Of a DNA stretch of 60,032 nt, positions 35,822 through 45,400 are shown in pieces. A program made the translations under genes and the position numbers. Source of the stretch: a virus (lineage: Duplodnaviria > Caudoviricetes); IMG/VR virus record IMGVR_UViG_3300048080_000210, positions 1 through 60,032 of that record. One strand, given 5' to 3'. The first letter of the stretch is position 1. Each line of letters begins with the position of its first letter. The notes beneath the pieces were generated by a model. It saw nothing but the letters and a program-made list of their open reading frames with translations, was not told the origin of the DNA and searched no databases.

Positions 35822-36949
35822 TTACGGCGTCTCCTCGTACATGCTCATGGTCCCGAAGGGTGCCGTGCCGCCGGCGTCGTTGATGACCATCGAAAGCGCG
35901 CCGGTGGCGAAGTCGTCGCGGTTCCACGCGAAGGCGTCGTCGGTGATCCGCACCGTCACGTCCGGGATGTCCCAGACGAAGTTGATGCCCACGTCCGGGA
36001 GGTGCGAGATCCGAGCCTTGCCGTTGAAGCCGGAGAGCTGGGTGAACGGGTTGATGTCGTCGTGGTCGATCGCCGTGTAGTTGTAGTCGGCCAGGAGCTT
36101 CTCGCCGCCCTTGAGCTTGAGCCCGAACTTCACGCGCACGCGGCCCGGAATCGGGTCCTGGAAGTAGTCGGTGTTCGCCACGAAGTCGCCGGCGGTCTGC
36201 GAGAAGCTGGGCGTGTACGTGACGGTGATGACCACGCCCGCCGTCGGTGCCTCTCCGGCGAAGTAGATGATCTTGCCCGAGTTGGCGACGGCGCCCGTAT
36301 TGATGCCGATCTGGTTCGCGATCGGCACCGGCGGGTTGCCACCGACCAGGGTCTTCGCCGGAATCAGGTCGGTGATGCTCACCCCGTTGTGGAAATACTG
36401 GATCTTGCCGAGCGTGGTCGGCACGTCACCGATGACCTTGATGGGGAAGTCCAGGCTGAAGTCGCCGAGCGTCTGACCGAAGGTGCCGCCCTGGCCGATG
36501 CCCACCGCCTCGAGCGTCACCGTCTGACAGTCGAGCCCGGTGAGCGGTTCGGCAATCAGCATGTTCCGCAGGTTCACGAAGTCGCGGTCGTCGCCGGTGA
36601 GCTGGAACTCCTCGTTGACCACCGCGACGGTGCCCGCCGTCACCGGCGTGATCGCCTTCGCGGCCATGAAGAGCTGCATGTTCTCTTCGGTGAAGTTGAA
36701 GACGGTGAGCGCGAGCCGTCCCTCGAAGAGCCGCACGATCTCGCGCTCGAGGCGCGACACACCCGACGCCGCGTTCCGCAACGTCGCAAGCTCGATCGTC
36801 TTCTGGATCTCGGCGCCGTCCATGATGCCGAGCGAACGCAGCGGGCTGAAGGCACCCGACGCGAGCTTGGGCCCGAACTCGACGATGGGCTCACCGATGA
36901 AGAGGTGGGCCTTCGTGATGGGATCGGGCGGGCGAGGGAAGACGGACAT
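35822..36949 (-). CDS. Major tail (tube) protein
   Basis: Position after the terminator; LFIGEPIVEF...SLG...TEENMQL...FNGKARI tube-like pattern with an insertion domain. Confidence 0.75.
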   Translation of the reverse strand: MSVFPRPPDPITKAHLFIGEPIVEFGPKLASGAFSPLRSLGIMDGAEIQKTIELATLRNAASGVSRLEREIVRLFEGRLALTVFNFTEENMQLFMAAKAITPVTAGTVAVVNEEFQLTGDDRDFVNLRNMLIAEPLTGLDCQTVTLEAVGIGQGGTFGQTLGDFSLDFPIKVIGDVPTTLGKIQYFHNGVSITDLIPAKTLVGGNPPVPIANQIGINTGAVANSGKIIYFAGEAPTAGVVITVTYTPSFSQTAGDFVANTDYFQDPIPGRVRVKFGLKLKGGEKLLADYNYTAIDHDDINPFTQLSGFNGKARISHLPDVGINFVWDIPDVTVRITDDAFAWNRDDFATGALSMVINDAGGTAPFGTMSMYEETP

Positions 36950-36958
36950 GGCGGCCTC

Positions 36959-37393
36959 CTACGTGTCGTTCGCCTTGACGAGCAACGCCACCGGCAGGGT
37001 GAAAAGCCAGCGGCCACCGCGAGGCGCGTCGTCTCGGCCGAGAGGTACCGGGCTCGAGCTCAGCCGCGCCCTCGCCACGAGCGCGCCGCCGAACTGGCCC
37101 TGGTCGTTTCGTACCAGATCCTTGAACACTCCGAAGGCGAGCCCGCTCGCGAGCTCATAGCTGGCGTCGCGGAACCGAACCGTCATGGCGTAGCTCTCGG
37201 AAATATTCCGGCGCACGCCGCCCGGGCCAGAGCCCTCGAGCACCACGGTGATGGCGCGATCCGGCGAGGGTTCCTCTTCGCCCACGAAAATCTTCGCGCC
37301 CACGCCCGGGGGATCGGAGTAGAGGAAGCCGAAGCCGCGCGCCTTGAGCTCCTCGGCGAAGCCTTGGTCGATGCGGGTGTTCGGGATCGCCAT
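36959..37393 (-). CDS. Tail terminator-like protein
   Basis: IFVGEEEPSPD...TVRFR...PVPLGRD. Confidence 0.65.
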   Translation of the reverse strand: MAIPNTRIDQGFAEELKARGFGFLYSDPPGVGAKIFVGEEEPSPDRAITVVLEGSGPGGVRRNISESYAMTVRFRDASYELASGLAFGVFKDLVRNDQGQFGGALVARARLSSSPVPLGRDDAPRGGRWLFTLPVALLVKANDT

Positions 37394-37815
37394 CAGGAAA
37401 GGCTCCGGCGCAGGCTACGCTCCACCGCGCGGCCCACCTCTTCGATGTACCGCCGGGCGTGGCGGTTGAAGGGGCGCTCGAGATACTTCCGGCCCACCGC
37501 TCCGTCTGCGGTCCCGGGCTTCACGCTCGAGATCGGCCCCAGGTTGTAGAACTCCTCGTGGCGGACCTTGGCGTAGGCGGTCGAAGCCGAGCCCGGCGGC
37601 CCAAACTCGACGGCCCTGGCGAAGCGGTTGCGGGTGTCCAGCCTCCGCACGAGGGCATCGTTCACGAGGTCCCCGGAGAGCTGGGGGGCCAGTGCGATGG
37701 CGCGGTCGAGGAGGTCGTTCGCCACGTCGTCCATCCCCTGGGAGATCGCCTCGCCCACGTGCTCCCGCACGCGCCGCAGGTTGCGCCGGATCGCTGCGCC
37801 GCCCCTAACCGCCAA
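37393..37815 (-). CDS. Neck/tail-completion protein (HK97 gp10-like)
   Basis: APQLSGDL...YAKVRHE...KYLERP. Confidence 0.7.
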   Translation of the reverse strand: MAVRGGAAIRRNLRRVREHVGEAISQGMDDVANDLLDRAIALAPQLSGDLVNDALVRRLDTRNRFARAVEFGPPGSASTAYAKVRHEEFYNLGPISSVKPGTADGAVGRKYLERPFNRHARRYIEEVGRAVERSLRRSLS

Positions 37816-38179
37816 GGCTGAGCACCACCCAGGAGAGCCTACCGCCCGGCGCGTACTCTTGCACCGATAGCACCTCCTGCTCCACCACGAGGCGCCCGCT
37901 CGTGAGCGTGAAGCTGGCGAGGTCCCCTTCCGTGATGCCCGCCGCCACCCCGGCCGAGTCGAAGCCGTCCACGGCGAGCTCCCCGACCACTTCGATCTCC
38001 CGGCCATCCGGCCGCTTGAAGAGCCGGTGGCGGACACGGTGCAGCCCGGCGGGATAGGTCGCCACGGTCGCCGGCGTGCCCGTGATGTCGCCGCCAGGAC
38101 CGCCGCGGACGGGCCTGGTGATGGTCACGGCGGTGGCATTGGCCACCGTCTTCGGGATGCCCCGGCAGCCCTGGGCCAC
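37805..38179 (-). CDS. Head closure protein
   Basis: Size and position. Confidence 0.55.
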   Translation of the reverse strand: MAQGCRGIPKTVANATAVTITRPVRGGPGGDITGTPATVATYPAGLHRVRHRLFKRPDGREIEVVGELAVDGFDSAGVAAGITEGDLASFTLTSGRLVVEQEVLSVQEYAPGGRLSWVVLSLGG

Positions 38180-38181
38180 GG

Positions 38182-38625
38182 TTAGAAGCCCTCGAGCGTC
38201 TCAGGCTCGTCCAGCCCGCTCCGGGGGTTGTCGTGCATCCCGTTGGTGAAGTAGGGCGGCACGAGGTCCACGTCCTGGGCGTCGGCGCTCTTTTCGCTCT
38301 CGGAGACGGCCGGCACCCTCATGCTGGAGCGCGCGCCACGGAGCCGGAGCTGGACGGCCAGCGTCATGTAGTGGTCGTACACCTGGGAGCTCGAGCGGCT
38401 GATACCACCGCCACCCTCGTCCACACACGCGGCAAACTTCGCGGCGATAGCCTCAGCCGCACGGGCGGCGGCGAAGTAGCCGTTGGGCTCGAGCGCGATG
38501 AAGTGCTCGATCTCGGGGTCCCCGAGGTGAGGCGCCGCCATGTCCGTGTCGCCGATGGAGAGGCGCACGAGGTCGAGCTCGGAGTTGGCGGGATCGCTCG
38601 AGTAGGTCGCCTTGATGACGTGCAA
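38182..38625 (-). CDS. Head-tail adaptor
   Basis: DLVRLSIGDTD...LGDPEIEHF...AAARAAEAIAAKFA. Confidence 0.75.
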   Translation of the reverse strand: MHVIKATYSSDPANSELDLVRLSIGDTDMAAPHLGDPEIEHFIALEPNGYFAAARAAEAIAAKFAACVDEGGGGISRSSSQVYDHYMTLAVQLRLRGARSSMRVPAVSESEKSADAQDVDLVPPYFTNGMHDNPRSGLDEPETLEGF

Positions 38626-38628
38626 GGC

Positions 38629-38988
38629 TTAGCCCTCTGCCCCGGCGGCCTCCCGAGGGCCCCGGGCTCCTCGAGCGCGACGGGGAGCCGGCGCCTCGGG
38701 CGCGGCCGGAAGCGGAGGCGCCGCGGCCGGCTCCGGCGCCGGCGCGATGGATCGGCGGTGGAGCTCGAGACTGGCCCGCACGAAGCGTTCGCTCAGGAGC
38801 GGCAGCCGAGCCGGTAACCCGAGCGGTTCGCCTGCCGCGTCGAGCTCGAGGCAGTAGACGGACCCCGCGCGGATGAGCCATTCGATGTTCGGCCACTTCG
38901 CGGTGTCGGCGGGGAGCCGCGCGCCGTAGCCGAACTGCTGACCGGCGGTTTCGAGCCGCCGGCCGGCGAAGTAGCCGACGGCCGGCAC
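38629..38988 (-). CDS. Hypothetical protein after the capsid gene
   Basis: Position; Pro/Ala-rich tail. Confidence 0.5.
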   Translation of the reverse strand: MPAVGYFAGRRLETAGQQFGYGARLPADTAKWPNIEWLIRAGSVYCLELDAAGEPLGLPARLPLLSERFVRASLELHRRSIAPAPEPAAAPPLPAAPEAPAPRRARGARGPREAAGAEG

Positions 38989-38992
38989 CGGC

Positions 38993-39943
38993 CTAGGCCA
39001 CCGCGCCCAGGAAGAAGTGCGCCAGGTCGTCCGCGACCTTCTTGGTGGCGAAAGACATCTCGCCTTCGACCCGATCGGACCGCTTGGTCGGGATGCGGAA
39101 GCGCGAGACGCGGTTGCCGAAGGCATCCGATCCGAGCAGGCCCGTCCACGCGAAGATGTAGCCAGCGGTCGGCTCCATGATCCCGGGATTCACCGCGCGG
39201 TAGGCGAGCAGCAGGTGCTTGCCTCCGACGTAGCCCGGAAGCTGGGTCGCGGCACCTTCCACCGCCGTGTTCGTGACCGCCCGCATTTCGACGAACTCAT
39301 CCACCTCGAAGAGCGACGCGAGGAGCTGGGTCGTGATGATGCCGGGCTGCACGAACTTGTAGCGGTCGATGATGTCGGGGTGGTTCTTGAGCGCACGCGA
39401 CACCTGCGCCCCGGCCACGATGACGTTCGGCCGGAAGCCGGTGCGCGCTTCGATCGCATCGATCTGGGTGTTGATGTCGGTGATCGGCGTCGAGGCGGCG
39501 AGCTGCCAGAGCGTGGCCGGAGTGGTCTGGTTCGTCCACGCGCCCGTGACGAAGTAGGTGTCCCTCCACACCGTCTCACGCTTCATCAGCATCTTCTGCG
39601 TGACGAACCGCGTCGCGGCCTCGTCCACGTCGGCGGCGGGATCGGCGTTCGCCCGCACCTCGTCGTCCACGTCCTTGTGGAAGGCGTAGGTGCGCGCGCT
39701 GTAGTCGTCCTGCGCCACGCGGAAGCCGGAGCCCGCGCTCTCCGAGGACGGCGCCCGCTCCTCGGCCTCGTCGCGGAGGAAGTCGTCCTTGTCGAAGCGG
39801 TGGTACTTGTCGCTCTTGTGCTCGACCGGCACCACGGGGAACACGCGAGCCGCCACGAACTTGTCGGCGCTCTGGATGTACGCCGTGGAAACCGTCGTCA
39901 AGGCGGCGTCGACGTGAACGTCTTGAACCGTCGGCTGGGGCAT
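38993..39943 (-). CDS. Major capsid protein
   Basis: VDAALTTVSTAY...VFPVVPV...RPNVIV...LKNHPDI; AGGAGG SD. Confidence 0.9.
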   Translation of the reverse strand: MPQPTVQDVHVDAALTTVSTAYIQSADKFVAARVFPVVPVEHKSDKYHRFDKDDFLRDEAEERAPSSESAGSGFRVAQDDYSARTYAFHKDVDDEVRANADPAADVDEAATRFVTQKMLMKRETVWRDTYFVTGAWTNQTTPATLWQLAASTPITDINTQIDAIEARTGFRPNVIVAGAQVSRALKNHPDIIDRYKFVQPGIITTQLLASLFEVDEFVEMRAVTNTAVEGAATQLPGYVGGKHLLLAYRAVNPGIMEPTAGYIFAWTGLLGSDAFGNRVSRFRIPTKRSDRVEGEMSFATKKVADDLAHFFLGAVA

Positions 39944-39977
39944 CGTTTACCCTCCTGGGGCTTGCTTCGCTCTCGCG

Positions 39978-40370
39978 CTACGGCAGCGTCGCGGGCTTGC
40001 CGCGCTGGCCGATCTCGACGGACAGGATCTCGTTGGCGGCACCCGACGCGCTGAGGGCGCGGCCGAGGACCCAGTTGGTCGCCGTCGCCGTGATGGCGCG
40101 CCCGGTGGTGTCCGACATCACGAGCGCGCCCGCCGCCACCACCGCACCGGCCACCACCTTCGAGACGCCACCAGCGCCGATCAGCATCACGTCGCCGTGC
40201 TTGCCGAGCGCGTTGGGCTTGTCCTGGAGCACGCCGTCGGCCTGCCCTCCGCTGGCGACCACGAGCGCGGCGCGCCCGTTCGCGTCCACGACCACGAACT
40301 TGAACTGGTGCGTCGAGAGGTCCGCCGCGGCCGGAAGGCTGATGACCGTGCCGAGGATTTCCTTCGCCAT
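39978..40370 (-). CDS. Capsid decoration/cement protein (DUF2190-like)
   Basis: AAADLS..QFKFV...GVLQDKP...GALVMSDTTGRA...GRAL. Confidence 0.8.
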   Translation of the reverse strand: MAKEILGTVISLPAAADLSTHQFKFVVVDANGRAALVVASGGQADGVLQDKPNALGKHGDVMLIGAGGVSKVVAGAVVAAGALVMSDTTGRAITATATNWVLGRALSASGAANEILSVEIGQRGKPATLP

Positions 40371-40391
40371 CGCTTCCTACCCTCCGCGTCC

Positions 40392-41942
40392 CTACTGGAC
40401 GCCGCCGGCCTTGAGCTGCTCCGCGCGGTGACGCTTGGCGAGCTCGGGATTCTCACGCATGGCCTTCGTGAAAGCCTGCGCCTCGCTGAGCTTCGGCTCG
40501 GAGGCGCGGATCTTCTGCGCGGCCACCCGGATCTCCTCCACCGCCGAGCCCGTGAACACGCCGGCACCGGACCCGAGCTCCTCGAGCACCTTGCCCTTCT
40601 CCGCCTGGGCGTGCGCCACCTTGAACGCGGCGTCGAGCTCGTCGAGGAGCCCCGCCGCCTCCGCCTTCTCGAAGAGGGCCGTGAGCTCCTCCGGCTTCTT
40701 GCCGAAGAGCACGTAGGGCGCGGCCCGTTTGGCGAGTCGCTCGCGGGTGGCGTCGGCCTCGAGCTTCTCGATGCGCTTGCGGTCGGCCGCGCGCTCCTTC
40801 TCGATCCGATCGTGCTCCACCTTCACGCGCTCGCGCTCCGCCTTGACGGCGGTCCGGGCTTCCGGCGACAGCGCCTTGAGCACGGGGTCGGAGTCGTCGG
40901 GATCGGTCGGCTTGGCCCGCTTCTCGAGCTCCGCCTTCGCGGCCGCGGCTGCGGCATCGGCGGCCGTCTTGTCGGTGGCGGCCTTGTGGTAGGCGTCCCC
41001 CATCGCGTCGAGCGCCGCCTTGGCTTCGGCCGGCAGGGCCTCGAGCTTCACCTTGGCGAAGAGCCCCCGGAGAGCCTCCGGCAGCTTGGTCACGTCGAAA
41101 GGCATGGCGTCACCTCCTCCGGGGGACGGGTCCGGGTTCGATCCTAGAGCCTTGGCGATGCGCCCGGCAAGGATCTCCCCCACCTGTTCCCCCATTTCCT
41201 CGGAAAACTGGTCGAGGCTCTGGCGGACCAGCGCCTCCTTGTCTTCGGCCTCGGAGTGGAGGATCTCGAAGACGGCCGAGCGGAGCGCCTCGAGCCGGTC
41301 GCCGATCACCCCCATGGATTGCATCGCGGACCAGTCCGCCCTCACGTCGTCGAAGCTGCGGGGCTCCTCGTCGGGGTAGTCGTGCTCCTTGCGGAGCGCC
41401 GCCAAGCGCACCAGGAGCGGCCCGAGCCACTTCTCGAAGATCCCCGGCTCCTCTACCGGCAGAGCCTCAAGCCCTGCCCAGGCAGCGCCGAGCGACTCGG
41501 CGTCGAGCTCGGTCGCCGTCCGGCCGGCGAGCGCCTTCAACACGGCCGGCGCTGCGTCGCGGCCTTCATCGGGGTTCGCCTTGAGCCAGGCGGCCAGCAC
41601 GCGGCGCTTGACCGCCATCAAGTCGGATGCGGGGATCTCCACCCGCTGGCCCCGGAAGCCACCGGAGCCCAGCGCCGCCACCGCGCGGCCCACCTGGCGG
41701 GCGGTCGGTGCCGTCCCCGGGCGCTCCGCGAGGCGCAGCTTCCACGTGCCCGGCTTCTCGGCGTCGGGCGTGTAGGCGTAGTCCCCGGCGCGGAAGTCGA
41801 GCCCGTTTTCCCGCTTGGTCGCCTTCCCGAGCGCGGCGCCGTGCCGCTTGTAGAGGAGGATGCGGGCGCCCGGGTTGTCGCCTCCGTCCACGAGGGCCAC
41901 CTCGTTGACGTGCACGCCCCGGAGCACGCGCCGCTTGCTCAC
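40392..41942 (-). CDS. Head scaffold protein with an N-terminal protease-type EVALVD..N segment
   Basis: EVALVDGGDNPGARILLYK; DYAYTPDAEKPGTWKLRL domain; coiled-coil C-terminus. Confidence 0.7.
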   Translation of the reverse strand: MSKRRVLRGVHVNEVALVDGGDNPGARILLYKRHGAALGKATKRENGLDFRAGDYAYTPDAEKPGTWKLRLAERPGTAPTARQVGRAVAALGSGGFRGQRVEIPASDLMAVKRRVLAAWLKANPDEGRDAAPAVLKALAGRTATELDAESLGAAWAGLEALPVEEPGIFEKWLGPLLVRLAALRKEHDYPDEEPRSFDDVRADWSAMQSMGVIGDRLEALRSAVFEILHSEAEDKEALVRQSLDQFSEEMGEQVGEILAGRIAKALGSNPDPSPGGGDAMPFDVTKLPEALRGLFAKVKLEALPAEAKAALDAMGDAYHKAATDKTAADAAAAAAKAELEKRAKPTDPDDSDPVLKALSPEARTAVKAERERVKVEHDRIEKERAADRKRIEKLEADATRERLAKRAAPYVLFGKKPEELTALFEKAEAAGLLDELDAAFKVAHAQAEKGKVLEELGSGAGVFTGSAVEEIRVAAQKIRASEPKLSEAQAFTKAMRENPELAKRHRAEQLKAGGVQ

Positions 41943-42547
41943 TCCTCCGCCTCCTCGTATCCGCCACCGATGGAGAACATAAGCCGGTCGCCGCGTTCCA
42001 CGTTAGCAAAGGCTTCGCCTTCAGGGTCGTACTGGAACCCCACCCACCAGCCCGTCGGCAGCGTCGCGGCGAGGTCATCGGGTACGCCGAGCGCGCGCCA
42101 CTTTTCGGGCGTGTAGAACATGGACTCAATGGCGCCGCCCACCCCGACCTGTTCCTCCTCGTGCATGTCGGAGCCCAGCCCGCTCTCGAGCATGAAGTCG
42201 TAGACGGCCGGCTCGAGCTCCTCCGGCGGGATGACCTCGCCGGAGTGATCCACCACTTCGGCGCCGCCCTTGCGGCACTGGTAGGCCCAGCCGAAGACGC
42301 GGCCCTCGCGGCGGTCATGTTTGGCGATCTGGAAAGCGACGCGCTTCTCGACCTTGTGCCACATGCCGTCCTCGTCGGGTTCCCAGCCCTGACGGCGCAA
42401 CGTGCTCCACGCCGCACGGAAGGACCGCTCCTCGCTTTCGGTGTCGGAGAAGGTGCTGTTCCACACGTTGCGGAAGACGGCCTGCGCCGCCGCCGGAAGC
42501 ACCCGGCGCACCGTCTCCGGCAGATCCGCGTTCGTGGCGTAGGGCAC
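41939..42547 (-). CDS. ChaB domain fused to an XkdF-like prohead serine protease
   Basis: MPYATNADLPETVR..LP..AQ.VF..VWN (ChaB), then VFGWA..D.SGE..DMH..IES..GWWVG..FSIGG. Confidence 0.8.
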   Translation of the reverse strand: MPYATNADLPETVRRVLPAAAQAVFRNVWNSTFSDTESEERSFRAAWSTLRRQGWEPDEDGMWHKVEKRVAFQIAKHDRREGRVFGWAYQCRKGGAEVVDHSGEVIPPEELEPAVYDFMLESGLGSDMHEEEQVGVGGAIESMFYTPEKWRALGVPDDLAATLPTGWWVGFQYDPEGEAFANVERGDRLMFSIGGGYEEAEE

Positions 42548-42555
42548 CGGAGCTC

Positions 42556-43083
42556 CTACTTGGTGCGCATCCAGCTTACACCAGCCGGCCGGTTGCGCCG
42601 GATCACGTCGCGGAGCTCCACCACGATCCGAAGCGCCAGCTCTGACTCCACCACCACCTGGCCCGCCGCGTTCACGCCGGCCTCGAAGGTAGCGGCGAGC
42701 TTCTCGAGCCATTCCGCATCCTGCCACCGGAGCGCCGGCGTTGGCACGATGCGGATGGGATGCACCACGCCACCCGGCGGAAGTGCCGGAGCCTCAACGG
42801 TTTTCGGCTGGTGCTGCTGTGTCGGCACGAACGGCGCAGGCGTCGGCGTGCCGTTGACCCGCTGCCGCAGCGCCTTCTGGTGGTTGAGCCGCATTCCTTT
42901 CGGCATGGACTCGAGGTAGCGGTCCATCTTGACCTCGGCCTCGGCCGGCGTCCTCCCGTACCAGCGCCGCCGCACACGCTCGCGGCCGCGGCGGAGGGTG
43001 ATCTCCGCAGCCCATAGCCCCTCCCGCCGGCGATAGATGGAGCCGGACCCGTAGGGTCGGCGCTGCCCTTCCTCGTCGCTCAC
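42556..43083 (-). CDS. Protein with an integrase-arm-like DNA-binding N-terminus and no catalytic domain
   Basis: RRPYGSGSIYRRREGLWAAEI...RRRWYGRTPAEA. Confidence 0.6.
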   Translation of the reverse strand: MSDEEGQRRPYGSGSIYRRREGLWAAEITLRRGRERVRRRWYGRTPAEAEVKMDRYLESMPKGMRLNHQKALRQRVNGTPTPAPFVPTQQHQPKTVEAPALPPGGVVHPIRIVPTPALRWQDAEWLEKLAATFEAGVNAAGQVVVESELALRIVVELRDVIRRNRPAGVSWMRTK

Positions 43084-44033
43084 GCGATCTCTTCGGCCTC
43101 GAGCTCGGCGACCACCTCCGGCGCCTCTCCGGTGAAGCGCAGGAAGCACCGGCACTGCGGATGCGCAGGCGGCCCCTCGAGCGCGCCCTCCGACGAATCG
43201 AAGAGGTCCTCGAATGGCACCGTGTTCTCGTGGAGCGGCTCGCAGATGGGGCAGACGCGGTCGTCTTGCACGGTGAACCACGTCTTCTCGACGGCCGCGA
43301 GGTCCACGTCGCCTTCGGCGGCGGCGGCCTCATAGTAGCCGCGCTCGCCCGCCTGGATCGCACCCTGCATCTCCGTCTCCCCGATCACCTGGCCCCGGTA
43401 GCGGAGGAGACGGTCCCGGTAGGTTCCCACTCGACGTTCGATGAGCTCGCGGATCTGCGTGGTGCGGGCCCTCTCCACCGGCACCAGCCGGCGCTCGAGC
43501 TCCCGGCGGAAGTTGCCGACGGCCGTCACCTGGCGCGAGGTGAGCCCCGCCGTCTGCCCGATCCGCTGGAAAGTCTCCGAGGGGGAGACTCGATCGGTGA
43601 GCGCCTCGAGAAGAGCGCGCCGGATGCCGGTGCGCGTCTGGGCCGTGATCGACGTAACTGCCCGCGTCGCCTGGGTTTCGATGTACCCGGCGGAGAGCTC
43701 GGAGACGAGGGCAGGCGGCACGCTGGGGAAGGCAGGCGGCCGGAACCTCATGCCCAGGCGGCCGCCCGTTTCCACGGCCTCCCGCAGGCGTTGGCGCAGG
43801 CTGACGGCCAGCCGCCCCCGAAACTGAGCCATGGGAAACTCGAAGGTGAAGGGGCGGATCTCGCGAGGTCCGCCCCCGAGGCGGGCGGTCGAGAACGCCA
43901 CGAAGGCATCGGCGGCGGCCTCGAAGTCCCCGGCCACGGCGCGGCCGAGGCGCTGGCGGGCCCGGCGGTTCGCCTCCCGTTCCTCGCGGCGCGTAGCCTT
44001 GAAGATCGGCCCGCGCAGGCGCCAGCGGTTCAC
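43080..44033 (-). CDS. Minor head morphogenesis protein (Mu gpF/SPP1 gp7-like)
   Basis: KTWFTVQDDRVCPIC..LH...PPAHPQCRC. Confidence 0.88.
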   Translation of the reverse strand: MNRWRLRGPIFKATRREEREANRRARQRLGRAVAGDFEAAADAFVAFSTARLGGGPREIRPFTFEFPMAQFRGRLAVSLRQRLREAVETGGRLGMRFRPPAFPSVPPALVSELSAGYIETQATRAVTSITAQTRTGIRRALLEALTDRVSPSETFQRIGQTAGLTSRQVTAVGNFRRELERRLVPVERARTTQIRELIERRVGTYRDRLLRYRGQVIGETEMQGAIQAGERGYYEAAAAEGDVDLAAVEKTWFTVQDDRVCPICEPLHENTVPFEDLFDSSEGALEGPPAHPQCRCFLRFTGEAPEVVAELEAEEIA

Positions 44034-45400
44034 GTCTCCTCCGGCTCCGGCTCCAGCTCCGGGTCCGGCTCCGGCTTGAGCTCCGGCACCTCGAGCTCCG
44101 AAGCCTCCGCCTCGATTGCGGGGGCGCCGGCTTGGTCGAGCAGCCACCGTTCGAGGTCCTTGTTCGGGAACAGCGGCGCGCCGGCACCGGCCAGAGCCGT
44201 GATGAAGTGCCCGAGCTCTTCGAGGTCGATCGTTTCCACGTCGCCGTGGACCAGCTTGGGTCGCTGTCCCGTGAACGTGTTGAGCTCGAGCAGACGAGGG
44301 ATGCCGTAGCGGTTGAAGGTATCGGTCACAGAGTCGAGCCAGGCGCCGAGCGCGAGCGCGAAGAGGTTGGTCTTGGAGCTCGCGAGCGCGAAGCTGCCGA
44401 CCTTCTCGTGGCCGAGCACGATGAAGTCCGCGAGCGCGGTCATCGCGATCCTCGAGTCGTAGCGGTTGATGATGGTGGTCGTATCGAATTGCCGACGGCC
44501 TCCAGTGCTGAGCAGCTCGAGCTTGTAGAGCTCGTGCCCCTCTTGGTCGTAGACGAGTGGGAACAGAATCCCCTCCTTCTCGTCGCGTCGGATGTTCCGC
44601 ACCAGCTTCGAGAGGTCATCGGCAAGAGCGCGATCCGCCGCCGAGGCGTCCGCCATCAAGAGCTCTACCGGCACGCGCGCCACCGGCAAGCCTGCCAGGT
44701 CGCGTTCGATGCCGATGCCCTCGATCTCTTCGATGCGTCGCTTGAACGTCCACGGACGCCAAGCGTTTCGGAGCATGGACCGTCCTTGAGGGTTGGCCTT
44801 CTCCGTCGTGGTTCGGAACAGGAGGAAGCGGTCGAACGGGATGGTCACGCGACGGTAGGTCGGCGGCGCGAATTGCTCGGCGGCACGGAGCTCTCCGTGC
44901 TCTCCGAGATCCCAACGGTCGATCGTTTCCTGGGCTCGGATCGGCAGCTTGCGCCAACCGATCCGGCGGTCGTCGAACATGGAGTCGGCCTCGGGGTCAC
45001 GGCTCGGACCCTTGCGGATCTTGTAGACCTCCTCGTGAAGTGAGAAACCGAAAGGCAGGAAGGAGAGCACCGCGGAGAGCGTGTCCGGCCACGATTCTGT
45101 CATGTCGCCGAAGGCGCCCTCCACGAACTCGGCCACCTCCTCGTCTTCCGTTTCCGAGCTCGCGGGCTCGACGCGCCACGACACCTGACGCATGAACATT
45201 TCGATCGCGAAGAGCACGGCGCCGACCACCGGGTCGTTGTCTCGCATCTCGCGGAAGACTTGGTACGCGCGCTTGCCGCGGAGCTCCCGGAGGAACTCCT
45301 CGTCGATCCGGCCGGCATAGATCCGCAGCCCCGTGCTGCCGAGCTCGTCAGACGAGAGCTGACGCACCGGGCGTTCCTGCTTGGTCTTCCTCGCCGCCAC
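44030..45400 (-). CDS. Portal protein (DUF935/Mu gp29-like)
   Basis: EMRDNDPVV...GFSLHE...NPQGRSMLR...GIERDLAGLP...GSFAL. Confidence 0.9.
   Translation of the reverse strand: MAARKTKQERPVRQLSSDELGSTGLRIYAGRIDEEFLRELRGKRAYQVFREMRDNDPVVGAVLFAIEMFMRQVSWRVEPASSETEDEEVAEFVEGAFGDMTESWPDTLSAVLSFLPFGFSLHEEVYKIRKGPSRDPEADSMFDDRRIGWRKLPIRAQETIDRWDLGEHGELRAAEQFAPPTYRRVTIPFDRFLLFRTTTEKANPQGRSMLRNAWRPWTFKRRIEEIEGIGIERDLAGLPVARVPVELLMADASAADRALADDLSKLVRNIRRDEKEGILFPLVYDQEGHELYKLELLSTGGRRQFDTTTIINRYDSRIAMTALADFIVLGHEKVGSFALASSKTNLFALALGAWLDSVTDTFNRYGIPRLLELNTFTGQRPKLVHGDVETIDLEELGHFITALAGAGAPLFPNKDLERWLLDQAGAPAIEAEASELEVPELKPEPDPELEPEPEET

Noticed and set aside
42556-43083. Functional integrase
   Set aside because: Only an arm-like N-terminus; too short and lacks the R-H-R-Y catalytic residues
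44037-44090. CTCCGG-type short repeats at the end of the portal gene
   Set aside because: They simply encode a low-complexity PEPE tail
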